DNA of 64,000 bases from an uncultured Gammaproteobacteria bacterium. GTDB lineage: Bacteria > Pseudomonadota > Gammaproteobacteria > UBA9214. Under the pieces are notes generated by a model. It saw only the letters and a program-made list of their open reading frames with translations. It had not been told where the DNA came from and did not search any database. The translations under genes were made by a program, and so were the position numbers. Numbering within the stretch: the stretch's first letter is position 1; every line of letters begins with the position of its first letter. This document shows positions 1-9,447 of this stretch, piece by piece. Location of the stretch: the NCBI GenBank assembly GCA_963827755.1, contig CAWHCQ010000004.1, positions 32,001 through 96,000 on the forward strand. The letters are read 5' to 3'.

Positions 1-471
1 CTGTCGGTACAGGGGACTGTCTTCGATCCGGGCTACTGGTATGTGACAACCCAGGAGGCACAATGGGTCGGCTGGACGCTGCAGAAAATGGGTATCAATA
101 ACCTGGACAATATCTATTTCGGATTCGTCAATGGCATCCCGAACCCGGCGATCAATCCTGCCGACTGGATGTCCTTTGCGCTGATCGGCGGAGCGGCAAT
201 CATCGCGCTCTACCACGACGAATTCAAGTTCAAGAAGCCCACCTGGGAGACCGCCATGTGGTCGGTTATCGGCGGATTTTTCATGGGCATCGGTGCGCGA
301 CTTGGACTCGGGTGCAACGTGGGCGCCTTCTTCGTACGGGTCGCCAACGGCGACTGCTCGGGCTGGTTGTTCGGCCTGGGGATGGCGGGCGGGGCCTATC
401 TGGGCGTCAAGTTCTTCAACTGGTGGACCGAGAAAAAGCTTGCCAAGGAAATGGAAGCGTGTGGTTTTTAA
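1..471 (+). CDS. YeeE/YedE (TsuA-like) sulfur-compound transporter, 5'-truncated by window edge
   Basis: Frame open from base 1. Hydrophobic helices and GGFFMGIGARLGLGCNVGAFF, the G-A-R-x-x-x-G-C-N signature of YeeE/YedE. Followed by a TusA-like gene. Confidence 0.88.
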   Translation: MSVQGTVFDPGYWYVTTQEAQWVGWTLQKMGINNLDNIYFGFVNGIPNPAINPADWMSFALIGGAAIIALYHDEFKFKKPTWETAMWSVIGGFFMGIGARLGLGCNVGAFFVRVANGDCSGWLFGLGMAGGAYLGVKFFNWWTEKKLAKEMEACGF

Positions 472-500
472 CTTAGTCAGTACATAACGGGGTATCTAAA

Positions 501-752
501 ATGGGTATGAAATTCGAGAAGACCGACGATGGGCGTTATCGCCTGAACGTCAACGGGTATGTGTGTCCGCATCCGCAGATATACACAAAAAAGGCCCTGG
601 AGAAGCTGGCCTCGGGCGAAGTCCTGGAGCTGATTTTTGACAATCCCTCATCTGGCGAATCCATTCAGCAAATGGTAGAGAATGACGGCAACGAGATGCT
701 GGACCAGAAAAAAGAGAGTGGCCAGTTTATTTGGCAAATTCAGAAAGTATAG
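501..752 (+). CDS. TusA/SirA/YeeD-family sulfur carrier
   Basis: 83 aa, L-N-V-x-G-x-x-CPHP (CPxP) motif, DNPSS, typical TusA size. Confidence 0.9.
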   Translation: MGMKFEKTDDGRYRLNVNGYVCPHPQIYTKKALEKLASGEVLELIFDNPSSGESIQQMVENDGNEMLDQKKESGQFIWQIQKV

Positions 753-860
753 TTCCGTGGAGTTATCGCAGACTGTGTGATTGCCGGGTGGCGCCTGTCG
801 TCGTTGAATGAGCAAACGATGAGAGTCATCCGATGGATAAGCGGATATAGAGGGGGCGTT

Positions 861-1055
861 ATGAAAAGTGATCTTTGGTTTGTATTTGCAGTGACTGCCG
901 GGTTTCTGGGTTTTCTCATGGGCTACGGCGTGCCGCCGATGCAGGAGGTCGGTATCGCTGCCGTCGGTGGACACGGCGGCCCGGCGGTCGAGAGCGCCGC
1001 CGAGACCGACGCCGCGATGGAACAGTTCAGGGAACTGCAGAAGCTCACTGAATGA
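861..1055 (+). CDS. small single-TM membrane protein (64 aa), unknown function
   Basis: AGAGGGGG RBS before ATG 861. N-terminal TM ending GFLMGY, acidic tail. Lies within the operon. Confidence 0.7.
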   Translation: MKSDLWFVFAVTAGFLGFLMGYGVPPMQEVGIAAVGGHGGPAVESAAETDAAMEQFRELQKLTE

Positions 1056-1152
1056 ATGCTGCGTGGGCCAGAGGTTCCGGGCAGCGTGTGCCCGGGCCGT
1101 GAAAGATGGCCCCGCTTGTATTGATGGTATAGCGAAACAAGAGGACAAAAAA

Positions 1153-1368
1153 TTGTCGAATATATATCTTCGAACAGCGATAACAGGCGGCGCGTTTATC
1201 GTGGCCTTTCTGCTGGGTTATAGCATCTCGGCGCGCACCGGGGTGGAACCCGGGTATTTTTCAGCGGTGGAGGTTGGCTCCTACGGCGCGCCGGAGGGGG
1301 AGAGTAAAATCGAAGGCCTGTCGGATCAGGATGCGGACTACTACAAGTCCCTGATGAACGAAGAATAG
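1153..1368 (+). CDS. small single-TM membrane protein (71 aa), probable paralogue of 861..1055
   Basis: GAGGA RBS before TTG 1153. TM ending AFLLGY, acidic tail. Confidence 0.68.
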   Translation: MSNIYLRTAITGGAFIVAFLLGYSISARTGVEPGYFSAVEVGSYGAPEGESKIEGLSDQDADYYKSLMNEE

Positions 1369-1524
1369 TCCAGTGCGATTGGCCAAAAGAGAAAAGCCTG
1401 TCGCGCGGATCGGTAGGGCTTGTTCGGTTGACGCCATGTCAGGAATCCAGCACAACGGCGCTTCGGGAAAGCCCGTTGCGCCGGTCATGCGATGGTCGAG
1501 ATGTAGCAGACCAGGCAAACCGCT

Positions 1525-2952
1525 ATGGATGTTCTGAATACGCAGTTCAATTACGCTGTGATCCTCGGGGGCGGGCCCTCGGGCCTGGCCGCGGGGCATG
1601 TGCTGTCTGAATCCGGGTGCAATGTCCTTGTCATCGAGCGCCAGGCGCGCGTCGGCGGTCTCGCCAAGACCCTCGAGCACCATGGCTTCAGATTCGACCT
1701 GGGCGGTCACCGCTTTATCACCGGCAACAAACAGCTGGAGAGCCTGGTAAGGGAAATTCTCGGGGGTGAACTGTTGACGGTCGAGCGTTCGAGCAAGATC
1801 CTGCTCGATGGCAAGCTCTATGACTACCCCATAACTGTTCGCAATGCCCTTTCCCGGCTCGGTTTGCGCAAGTCGATCAGGATAGGTGCGGACTATTTAC
1901 TGGAACAGATGCGCAAACGCTTTAGAAAGACCCCGATCATCTCGCTGGAAGACTGGGTCGTGCAGCACTTCGGGCGTTCCCTGTTCGAGTTGTTTTTCAA
2001 GGAATACAGCGAGAAGGTCTGGGGTATACCCTGTAACAGAATTGCCAGGGAGTGGGTCGCCGCGAGGATAAAGGGCCTGTCCCTCGGGGTGGCCATCAAG
2101 GCAGCATTCTCGCGCACCGGGTCGCGACGCCCGCGGACACTGGCGAATCAGTTTCTGTATCCGCCGCTTGGTATCGGACAGATCTGCGACGGCCTCAAAG
2201 CGCGGATAGACGAGATCGGTCAGGTAATGACGGATACGCGTGTGATCGGCATCAACCATGCGGATAACCGGATCCAGAGCATCATCGTAAAGGATGCCGG
2301 CGGCGTTCAGGGGTATACGGGCTACGAATTCATCTCCAGCATTCCATTGACGCTGGTCGTCCAGCTGCTTAATCCACAACCGCCCGCAGAGATCCTCCAG
2401 GCGGCGGCCAGCCTTCGATTCAGGGATCTCATCGTGGTGACCGTAATGATCAACCGGGAACATGTCACCGACCAAACCTGGATATACGTACCTGACTCGA
2501 CGGTACCCTTCGGCCGAATCCACGAACCGAAGAACTGGAGCGCCCGAATGGCGCCCGAGGGCAAGACTCACCTTGTGGTCGAGTATTTCTGCTTCAGGGA
2601 AGATGCTATCTGGGCGGAGACAGATACGATGCTTGCACAGCGCACAGTCCGTGAACTCGGCAAGCTCGGGATAATCGAAGTGGAAGAGGTTTACGACAGT
2701 GTAGTAATGAAGATACCAAACGCCTATCCGCTGTTCGAGGTGGACTATATCGAGAAACAGAAATGTATTGTTGATTATCTCGAGCGGTTCACGAACCTTG
2801 AGCTGGTCGGGCGGGGAGGCCAGTTCGAATACTACAATACCGATCACGCCATGGAGTCCGGTATCGCTGCGGCGGAGGCCATTCTTGCGCGAATCGATGG
2901 CACGGTCGCCGTGCGAACACCGGTGCTGGCAAGAGGCCGGGTATGCCCATGA
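1525..2952 (+). CDS. FAD-dependent oxidoreductase (protoporphyrinogen oxidase / UDP-galactopyranose mutase-like family)
   Basis: VILGGGPSGLAAG Rossmann motif, ERQARVGGLA, FDLGGHRF, C-terminal GRGGQFEYYNTDHAM. Confidence 0.85.
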   Translation: MDVLNTQFNYAVILGGGPSGLAAGHVLSESGCNVLVIERQARVGGLAKTLEHHGFRFDLGGHRFITGNKQLESLVREILGGELLTVERSSKILLDGKLYDYPITVRNALSRLGLRKSIRIGADYLLEQMRKRFRKTPIISLEDWVVQHFGRSLFELFFKEYSEKVWGIPCNRIAREWVAARIKGLSLGVAIKAAFSRTGSRRPRTLANQFLYPPLGIGQICDGLKARIDEIGQVMTDTRVIGINHADNRIQSIIVKDAGGVQGYTGYEFISSIPLTLVVQLLNPQPPAEILQAAASLRFRDLIVVTVMINREHVTDQTWIYVPDSTVPFGRIHEPKNWSARMAPEGKTHLVVEYFCFREDAIWAETDTMLAQRTVRELGKLGIIEVEEVYDSVVMKIPNAYPLFEVDYIEKQKCIVDYLERFTNLELVGRGGQFEYYNTDHAMESGIAAAEAILARIDGTVAVRTPVLARGRVCP

Positions 2953-4439
2953 AGTGTGTGCTGATACATCCCGCGTGGTCCCCGGAGGAAATCTTCCCTG
3001 CCGGGACGGTCACGTCGCAGATCAACTACTGGCAGCCACTCGGCACCCTCTACGTGGGCGCCGCGATGCTCGAGGCGGGGCATGAGGTTGAGTTTTTGAA
3101 TGGTGCATTCATGACCCATGAGGCGATCATGGCGCGAGTTGCGGAGATCCGCCCGGAGTTCGCCGGCCTTTACTCGACGACCTTTGGCTTTTCGAAGGCG
3201 GTCCATACGGCGAACGCGCTCAAACAGTTCGACAGGGACATGTTCGTGTGTGTTGGCGGCCCCTATCCCATGGCCATGAAGTATCAGTGTCTCGAGGGGG
3301 AGGGGGCGAACTTCGATGCGGTGGTCACCGGCGAGGCCGAATTGGCGATCGTTGAGCTGCTCGAACGACTGGCGGGGGATATGGGTCTCACAGGTCTGGC
3401 GGGGGTGGATTTCAGGGTGGGCGGCGAGATTATCCGCAACCCGCCCCGCGCGCTGCTCGAAGACCTCGATTCACTGCCATTCCCGGCCCGGCACCTGCTG
3501 GGCGAGAAGGCGCACTACATCCCGCCGCCGGGTCAGTACCGGCGCAAGCCGGTCACGATCCTGATTACGTCGCGGGGCTGCGACAGACGCTGCATTTTCT
3601 GTTTTCAGGTCGACAAAGAGCGCCAGTATGGCAGCCGCGGAGTCCGGTTCCGCAGCGTCGAGAATGTCCTGCAGGAGATCGAGCTGTGCCTCGCCCAGGG
3701 CTATCGGGAGATCAAGTTCATCGACGACACGTTTGCCGCCAACTACGACCGGGCCATGGATATCTGCCGGGAGATAAAGCGACGCAAGCTCGATTTCACC
3801 TGGTTTGCCTCGGCCTGCGTGAACCAGGTCGACCCGCCGCTGCTGCAGGCCATGAAAGACGCCGGCTGCTGGGCGATCCTGTTCGGGGCGGATAGCGGCG
3901 TGCAGAAGACACTCAATTCACTGCGCAAGGCGACCACGCTCGAGATGATCCGGCGCGATGTCGCGTGGGCGAAACAGGCCGGTATCCGTGTGAGTACCCC
4001 GTTTATCTTCGGTGCGCCCGGCGAGACCTTCGAGGACGGACTGAAGACGATCGAATTCGCCGTGGAGCTCGATGCCGATCTGGCCAACTTCCATTCGCTC
4101 ACGCCGTTTCCGGGTACGCCGTTGCACGACAACCTGGAGAAATACGGGAGCGTCTCGGAGAATCTCTCGGATCGTACCTATCAGTCAGCTGCGTTCGTGC
4201 CCTATACGATGACGCGCGATGAAATCCTCAACTTGCGCCAGATTGCGTTCCGGCGTTTTTACACCCGGCCGAAGTTCCTGTTGCGCCGGTTACTGCAGAT
4301 GCGTTCCTGGAATGACCTGCGGGTCAATTTTCAGGGTCTGCGAAGCCTCTACCAGCTTTGGGCCACGCGTAATTTATTTCACGGCTGGAAAGGCAAGGCG
4401 GGAACGCCTGAAATCGCCGGGCGGAGCGCTGAGGAATGA
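2949..4439 (+). CDS. cobalamin-binding (class B) radical SAM protein
   Basis: N-terminal B12 domain (PLGTLY...VGGPYP...VVTGEAE), TSRGCDRRCIFC CxxxCxxC. ATGA overlap with the upstream stop. Confidence 0.9.
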   Translation: MKCVLIHPAWSPEEIFPAGTVTSQINYWQPLGTLYVGAAMLEAGHEVEFLNGAFMTHEAIMARVAEIRPEFAGLYSTTFGFSKAVHTANALKQFDRDMFVCVGGPYPMAMKYQCLEGEGANFDAVVTGEAELAIVELLERLAGDMGLTGLAGVDFRVGGEIIRNPPRALLEDLDSLPFPARHLLGEKAHYIPPPGQYRRKPVTILITSRGCDRRCIFCFQVDKERQYGSRGVRFRSVENVLQEIELCLAQGYREIKFIDDTFAANYDRAMDICREIKRRKLDFTWFASACVNQVDPPLLQAMKDAGCWAILFGADSGVQKTLNSLRKATTLEMIRRDVAWAKQAGIRVSTPFIFGAPGETFEDGLKTIEFAVELDADLANFHSLTPFPGTPLHDNLEKYGSVSENLSDRTYQSAAFVPYTMTRDEILNLRQIAFRRFYTRPKFLLRRLLQMRSWNDLRVNFQGLRSLYQLWATRNLFHGWKGKAGTPEIAGRSAEE

Positions 4440-4490
4440 CGCTGCGGCGACTTGATTGTTCTCATCCATGAAAACAGGAGACCTGATACG

Positions 4491-4781
4491 ATGAACATTC
4501 TATTTGAGATATCATCGGGCGATGCGTCCAGTGTACTGGTGCCGCTGGCCCGGGCCTGCGATCGCAACGGGGTGACATGGAGCTGCTTTTTTACCGGCGA
4601 CGGCGTCAAGACCCTCGCGCGTGACGATGTCCGTGCAACAATCGCGGGGGCAGCGAGCGCGGCGGCCTGTGAAGTTTCCTGGGAACGCTACATGGGAGAC
4701 CAGCCCTGTCCCGTGGAGATAGGCAGCCAGACCAACAACAGCGCCATGGTCGGTGATGTCGACAAAATCGTCAGCCTTTAG
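4491..4781 (+). CDS. DsrE-like sulfur-relay protein
   Basis: CAGGAG RBS. FFTGDGV motif, AACEVSW Cys at the DsrE active-site position, GSQ, C-terminal DKIVSL. Confidence 0.75.
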   Translation: MNILFEISSGDASSVLVPLARACDRNGVTWSCFFTGDGVKTLARDDVRATIAGAASAAACEVSWERYMGDQPCPVEIGSQTNNSAMVGDVDKIVSL

Positions 4782-4793
4782 GAGGGCATTCAA

Positions 4794-5066
4794 ATGGCAC
4801 AGAATAAATCAATCCTCATGCTTGGACGTCGGGACCCGACAGAGACCATGCGCGTTGCTGCGGGTCTGACGATTTTCAATCATACGCCGAGCATAGTGTT
4901 TCTGGTGCCGGTACCGGATACGCCCGAGAATGCCGAGATGGCGGAGTTGCTGGAGTTCTCGGATATCGAATCGAAGACCACGGTAGAAAATCAATCGCTT
5001 CCGCATATCGGGGCAGATGCCCTTGCTGCCGCCATCCTCGCAGCAGACGAGGTCATCAACATCTAG
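4794..5066 (+). CDS. DsrF-like protein
   Basis: AGGAGG RBS. ExxRxAxGL motif, C-terminal ADEVINI, no Cys. Confidence 0.65.
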   Translation: MAQNKSILMLGRRDPTETMRVAAGLTIFNHTPSIVFLVPVPDTPENAEMAELLEFSDIESKTTVENQSLPHIGADALAAAILAADEVINI

Positions 5067-5092
5067 TCACAACAGCAAGAGGAGGCACCGGC

Positions 5093-5275
5093 ATGAAGAT
5101 CGTTGTTCTGAACACAGGAATGTTTCCCGAGAAAGGTGCGCTTGAGGACGCACTTGCGCAGCTTGGGTCTGACCACGAGGTTTCCCGGCATGATGCGGAG
5201 GGCGAGCACGCTGATGACGACTGGGACCGCACCGTGCAGGCAATCGTGTCCGCCGATCGGGTCATAACCCTCTGA
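5093..5275 (+). CDS. short DsrH/TusB-like protein
   Basis: GGAGG RBS. 60 aa ending WDRTVQAIVSADRVITL, resembling the DsrH C-terminus. Confidence 0.55.
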   Translation: MKIVVLNTGMFPEKGALEDALAQLGSDHEVSRHDAEGEHADDDWDRTVQAIVSADRVITL

Positions 5276-5439
5276 CGGACAACAGCCGCGTCCACGCGGG
5301 CACATCCGCCGGTCGCCCCTGCACGCCGAGGGAGAGAATCAGTTTGTACGAATCGCGCGTTGAGCCCCTGTGGTTTCCATTCCACCGGCCACGGCACAGC
5401 ACCACCATGTCATAACAATCGAATAAACAGGAGTGAAGC

Positions 5440-5886
5440 ATGAAGACACAACGTATTCTCGCACCGGTTGATGGTTCAAAATTGTGTCATTTCGCTCTCG
5501 ACGAGGCAGACAGGCTGGCTTCGCAGAGCGGTGGCGAATTGACCCTGATGTTCGTTCATGAGCCGGCAACGGTCCATCTCATGGATGATGATTTTCCGGA
5601 GCCTGCGGAGACGACAGAGTTATTGGCGGCGGCGGCGAAAAATATCATGGAAAAATGTGCTGGTGCGTGCATCACGCCCGAGAAACACCGGCACATTGTC
5701 ATCGAGCGCGGCTCACCGGCACAGACCATTATCGAACACTCGGGGGAGTACGACCTGATCGTCATGTCAACGCACGGGCACTCGGGAATGAAACACTTCC
5801 ATCTTGGCTCGGTGGCGGAGCGTGTGGTCCGCGGTTCGCACTGCGACGTGCTTGTGGTAAAACAGCCAAGTGACAGAAGCGATTGA
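5440..5886 (+). CDS. universal stress protein (UspA family)
   Basis: ILAPVDGS, DLIVMSTHG, LGSVAERVVR...VLVV. Confidence 0.93.
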   Translation: MKTQRILAPVDGSKLCHFALDEADRLASQSGGELTLMFVHEPATVHLMDDDFPEPAETTELLAAAAKNIMEKCAGACITPEKHRHIVIERGSPAQTIIEHSGEYDLIVMSTHGHSGMKHFHLGSVAERVVRGSHCDVLVVKQPSDRSD

Positions 5887-5982
5887 GCTGACTGGCAGCG
5901 ATCCGCTGTGCCTGAATGCGCGGGCAACAGGAAAATGATGTGCATCGCGGGCGAATGCAGGACTGTATATCGATAGCCGCGC

Positions 5983-6987
5983 ATGAATGAACTCGTCTCG
6001 ATCATCATCCCCGTTCGAAACGGAGAAGCTACAATCGCACGTTGCCTGGAAGCGGCACTCGCATCGCGCTATGAGCGCTTCGAGGTGATCGTCGTCAATG
6101 ATGGCTCGGACGATCGTTCAGCCGAGATAATAAAGACCTTCCCATGCACCCTCGTTCAGCTGCCCGGGCACTCCGGGACGTCGACTGCACGCAATACCGG
6201 CGCTTGCCACAGTCACGGGGATATCCTGTTTTTCACCGATGCGGACTGCCTGTTGAACGAGGATACCCTCGCGATTGCCGTCGCCACACTGACGGCTGCG
6301 GGCCGGGACGTGGTACTGGGCGGAACCTATACGGCGCAGCCGGCTGACGATCGTTTCTTCAGTGCATTCCAGTCGGTCTTCGTCAATCACGCCGAAAGCC
6401 GTGATCGCGACAACCCCGACTACATTGCGGCACATGCCATGGTGCTGTACGCAGATACATTCGAGAAAAGCGGAGGGTTTGTCGAAGACTTTCTGCCTAT
6501 ACTCGAGGATGTCGACTTCAGTCACCGGTTGCGAAGTAGCGGGTATCGACTCGTTATGAATCCCGGGATTCAGGTCCGGCACCTGTTCGACTATTCCCTT
6601 CTGGGGTCGGCCTGCAATGGTTTCAGAAAATCCAAATACTGGACTATCTATTCCATACATCACAGGGATTTGCTTGCGGACTCCGGCACGGCATCGCGGG
6701 CATTGAAGCTTGATGTGATAGCCCTGTTCGGCAGTGTCCTTGCAGCAGCGCTCGTCCTGGGTACCGGGAATGCGTGGTTCTCCGTTCTTATCGCAGTGCT
6801 GATGGCGCTGAACATCACTGTAAATCGCGAGCTACTGCAGGGGTTCTACCGTGCACGCGGGATGGCTTTTGCGCTCGCGGCTTCGGCCTACTACCTCCTG
6901 GTCTACCCCCTGGTGGTCGGCGCGGGTGGCCTCGCCGGGTTGCTGGGCTACCGCCGGTACGCCGGGTTACTGGAGGCTGCCGGCTGA
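5983..6987 (+). CDS. GT2 glycosyltransferase with C-terminal TM helices
   Basis: VSIIIPVRNGE, VVNDGSDD, ARNTG, FTDAD, EDVD, hydrophobic C-terminus. Confidence 0.92.
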   Translation: MNELVSIIIPVRNGEATIARCLEAALASRYERFEVIVVNDGSDDRSAEIIKTFPCTLVQLPGHSGTSTARNTGACHSHGDILFFTDADCLLNEDTLAIAVATLTAAGRDVVLGGTYTAQPADDRFFSAFQSVFVNHAESRDRDNPDYIAAHAMVLYADTFEKSGGFVEDFLPILEDVDFSHRLRSSGYRLVMNPGIQVRHLFDYSLLGSACNGFRKSKYWTIYSIHHRDLLADSGTASRALKLDVIALFGSVLAAALVLGTGNAWFSVLIAVLMALNITVNRELLQGFYRARGMAFALAASAYYLLVYPLVVGAGGLAGLLGYRRYAGLLEAAG

Positions 6988-8075
6988 TGTCCTCGATGGT
7001 GCGGCATGCAGGCTCGATCTTCTGGAAACGGCGGCCCGTTCATCTGACGTTTTTTCTGACCCGCAAGTGTAATGCCCACTGTCCGTTCTGTTTTTACCTG
7101 AAGAGTCCGGATAACCCGCAGACCGGGGCAGCGGAGTTGTCTCTCGATGAGATTGAGCGCATCTCCCGGTCCCTGGGCAGGTTGTTGTGGCTTGCCTTCT
7201 CGGGCGGCGAGGTCTATCTGAGGAAGGACCTGGTCGAGATAAGCAAGCTTTTCTACGATCGAAACAGGCCCGCCGTCATGCTGTACCCGAGCAACGGCAT
7301 GCTGCCCGATCTGATCCGGGATCAAACGGAGCGGATTGCAGCGCACTGCCGCAGCAGTGTCGTCGTCGTCAAGCTCTCGCTCGATGGTATCGGCACTGAC
7401 CATGACACGCTACGCAATACCCCAGGCAATTTTGACAGGACCATGCAGACCTATGCACACCTTCAAGGCCTCCTCGATGTCTATCCTAATTTCGAACTCG
7501 GCTTTAATACCGTGCTCACTGCGCAGAACCAGGACAAGATCGAAGCGCTCATCGATTATGTCGCTGGCCTGGACAGGCGCACAACGCACACCATCTCGAT
7601 GGTGCGCGGGAACCTGCTGGACAACGGATTCAAGCAGGTCGATCCTGAGAATTACCGCCGCGCCGCAGAAATACTGGCAACCCGCCTCCGGGAGCGGACC
7701 TCCGGCATTAACCGGTTCAGGGGAGCGCGTCTCAAGGCGGCGCAGGACGTACTGCAGCGCCGGTTTATTCACCAGACACTGACCGGACAGGACCGGTCAC
7801 TGCCCTGTTACGCGGGGAAGCTCAACCTGGTGCTGACCGAATCGGGCGAGGTGTACCCCTGCGAGATTCTTCCGCAGAGTCTCGGCAACGTGCGGGACCA
7901 TGATTACGACATCATGCAGGTGACCCGCACCGGGAAGGCGCGCGAGGTCCTGCATTCAATATCCGCCGGTAACCCGCACTGCCGGACCTGCACGCACGAA
8001 TGCAACTACATCACGAATATCCTGTTCAACCCCGCGATGTATCCCGCATTGATGAAGGAGTATCTTCGACTATAA
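6987..8075 (+). CDS. radical SAM protein with SPASM/twitch domain
   Basis: TGATG coupling to the GT2 gene. CNAHCPFC, SGGE, SLDG, then CYAG...GEVYPCE...CRTCTHEC. Confidence 0.9.
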   Translation: MSSMVRHAGSIFWKRRPVHLTFFLTRKCNAHCPFCFYLKSPDNPQTGAAELSLDEIERISRSLGRLLWLAFSGGEVYLRKDLVEISKLFYDRNRPAVMLYPSNGMLPDLIRDQTERIAAHCRSSVVVVKLSLDGIGTDHDTLRNTPGNFDRTMQTYAHLQGLLDVYPNFELGFNTVLTAQNQDKIEALIDYVAGLDRRTTHTISMVRGNLLDNGFKQVDPENYRRAAEILATRLRERTSGINRFRGARLKAAQDVLQRRFIHQTLTGQDRSLPCYAGKLNLVLTESGEVYPCEILPQSLGNVRDHDYDIMQVTRTGKAREVLHSISAGNPHCRTCTHECNYITNILFNPAMYPALMKEYLRL

Positions 8076-8181
8076 CGGTACAGCAGCGACCCGCTTGCCC
8101 GTAAAAGAACGTGCCCGGGCAGGACCGGCACCCGGGCGGGAATGACGGATTTCCGGTCGTTCGGGTTCAGGCAACAGGAAG

Positions 8182-9447
8182 CTAGCCCCGGCTATCCAGC
8201 AATTTGTCACGCACGAGGCCGATATGCAGGCGCAGGCTGTAGAGTTCATCCGTATAGGACAGGGGTACGTTGACCTTGCGCACTTCTTCTTCCAGCTTGT
8301 CGAGTTTTTGCAGCAGTGATTCCAGGGCCTCGGCGGAATGTGTTGCGGGGTTTTCGGTATCCAGTGCCTGCAGTTCACGGTACCAGCGATAGATCTTCTT
8401 GCGTACCTGCCAGCGGTAGGTCGGCGGCGTGATTTTGGCCAGCGGCAGCAACAGCGTCAGCAGCGGCACCAGCATGATCTTGAGACGGTCGATCAGGCTG
8501 GCCGTCCAGAAGGGCAGGTAGCGCTGCAGGAAGGGTGGTCCGTGTTTGTAGAAGCGGCGCGCGTCATCGTTCAGCGGAAATTCCAGGTTCTTGCTGTTGG
8601 GAAAGACGCCGGGCTTCTCGAACAGGCCGCTGGTCTCGTGCACGCGGCTGGCGGCCTGTAACAGCAGGCTGACCAGTGCGGGGTGGAAATCCTTGTCTGC
8701 GACGAGGTTCGCAGTCGCCGCCAGCAGAATGGTGTCGTGCGCGGGAATGTTTGCCTGCAGGTCGATGACGCCCTCGGACAGGGTGACGGCAGAGAGAAAG
8801 TGGTGCATCCGCGTGTAGGCGGTGGCGCGTGCAAAGGACATCAGGCGAATATCCCGCCGCTGCAGCAGCTGCTGCACCAGCGGTGCGGCGGGTGCGGCGA
8901 CCAGGAAGAGGGCGTCGATACGGCCCTGTAACAGGGCCTGCGCGGCGCCGGCGCCGCCGATGGGCTGAATATTGTCATTCCCGGCATCGATGAAATTGTC
9001 CGCCAGCAGCTGGCTGGCGATGGCGTGGGTGCCGCTGCCGCGCTCACCGATGGCGACACGCATGTCCTGCAGTTCGCCCAGCCGGGTCAGCGTTTGCTCG
9101 CCGCGGTAAAAAACCCACAGGGGCTCGTAATACAGGCTGCCCAGGCTGGTGAGGGTGCCGCCATCCGCTTGAGTGCCGGTACCGCCCTGCACGAATGCGA
9201 GGTCAACCTCGCCGCGCTGCAGTAATTCGAGATTCTCGATAGAGCCCGCCGTATTGCGGATTAGCAGCTCGACACCGTTCTGCGCCAGCCATTCCCGGTA
9301 GCGCCGGGCGAACAGGTAGTACGCGCCATCCGTGTGACCGGTAGCGATGGTCAGGGTGCGCGGTGGTGCGGGATTCACGAACTGCCAGGCGATGAAGAAG
9401 CCGATGAGCGTGAGCAGCAAGGTTATGCCTATTGTCAGCAGACGCAT
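8182..9447 (-). CDS. TAXI-family TRAP solute-binding protein with N- and C-terminal membrane segments
   Basis: TIATG..GAY, TAGSIENL, DLAFVQGG, YEPLWVF, GSGT, RYLPFW. Confidence 0.85.
   Translation of the reverse strand: MRLLTIGITLLLTLIGFFIAWQFVNPAPPRTLTIATGHTDGAYYLFARRYREWLAQNGVELLIRNTAGSIENLELLQRGEVDLAFVQGGTGTQADGGTLTSLGSLYYEPLWVFYRGEQTLTRLGELQDMRVAIGERGSGTHAIASQLLADNFIDAGNDNIQPIGGAGAAQALLQGRIDALFLVAAPAAPLVQQLLQRRDIRLMSFARATAYTRMHHFLSAVTLSEGVIDLQANIPAHDTILLAATANLVADKDFHPALVSLLLQAASRVHETSGLFEKPGVFPNSKNLEFPLNDDARRFYKHGPPFLQRYLPFWTASLIDRLKIMLVPLLTLLLPLAKITPPTYRWQVRKKIYRWYRELQALDTENPATHSAEALESLLQKLDKLEEEVRKVNVPLSYTDELYSLRLHIGLVRDKLLDSRG

Noticed and set aside
1897-2847. Long antisense or alternate-frame ORFs (also 10405..11349, 31306..32346, 45969..46928, 48075..49109, 50862..51749)
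   Set aside because: They overlap well-supported genes and have no recognisable motifs. Expected shadow ORFs in GC-rich DNA.
4491-5275. Canonical dsrEFH or tusDCB genes
   Set aside because: Too short and divergent, with no dsrAB, dsrC or tusE context, so no gene symbols were assigned
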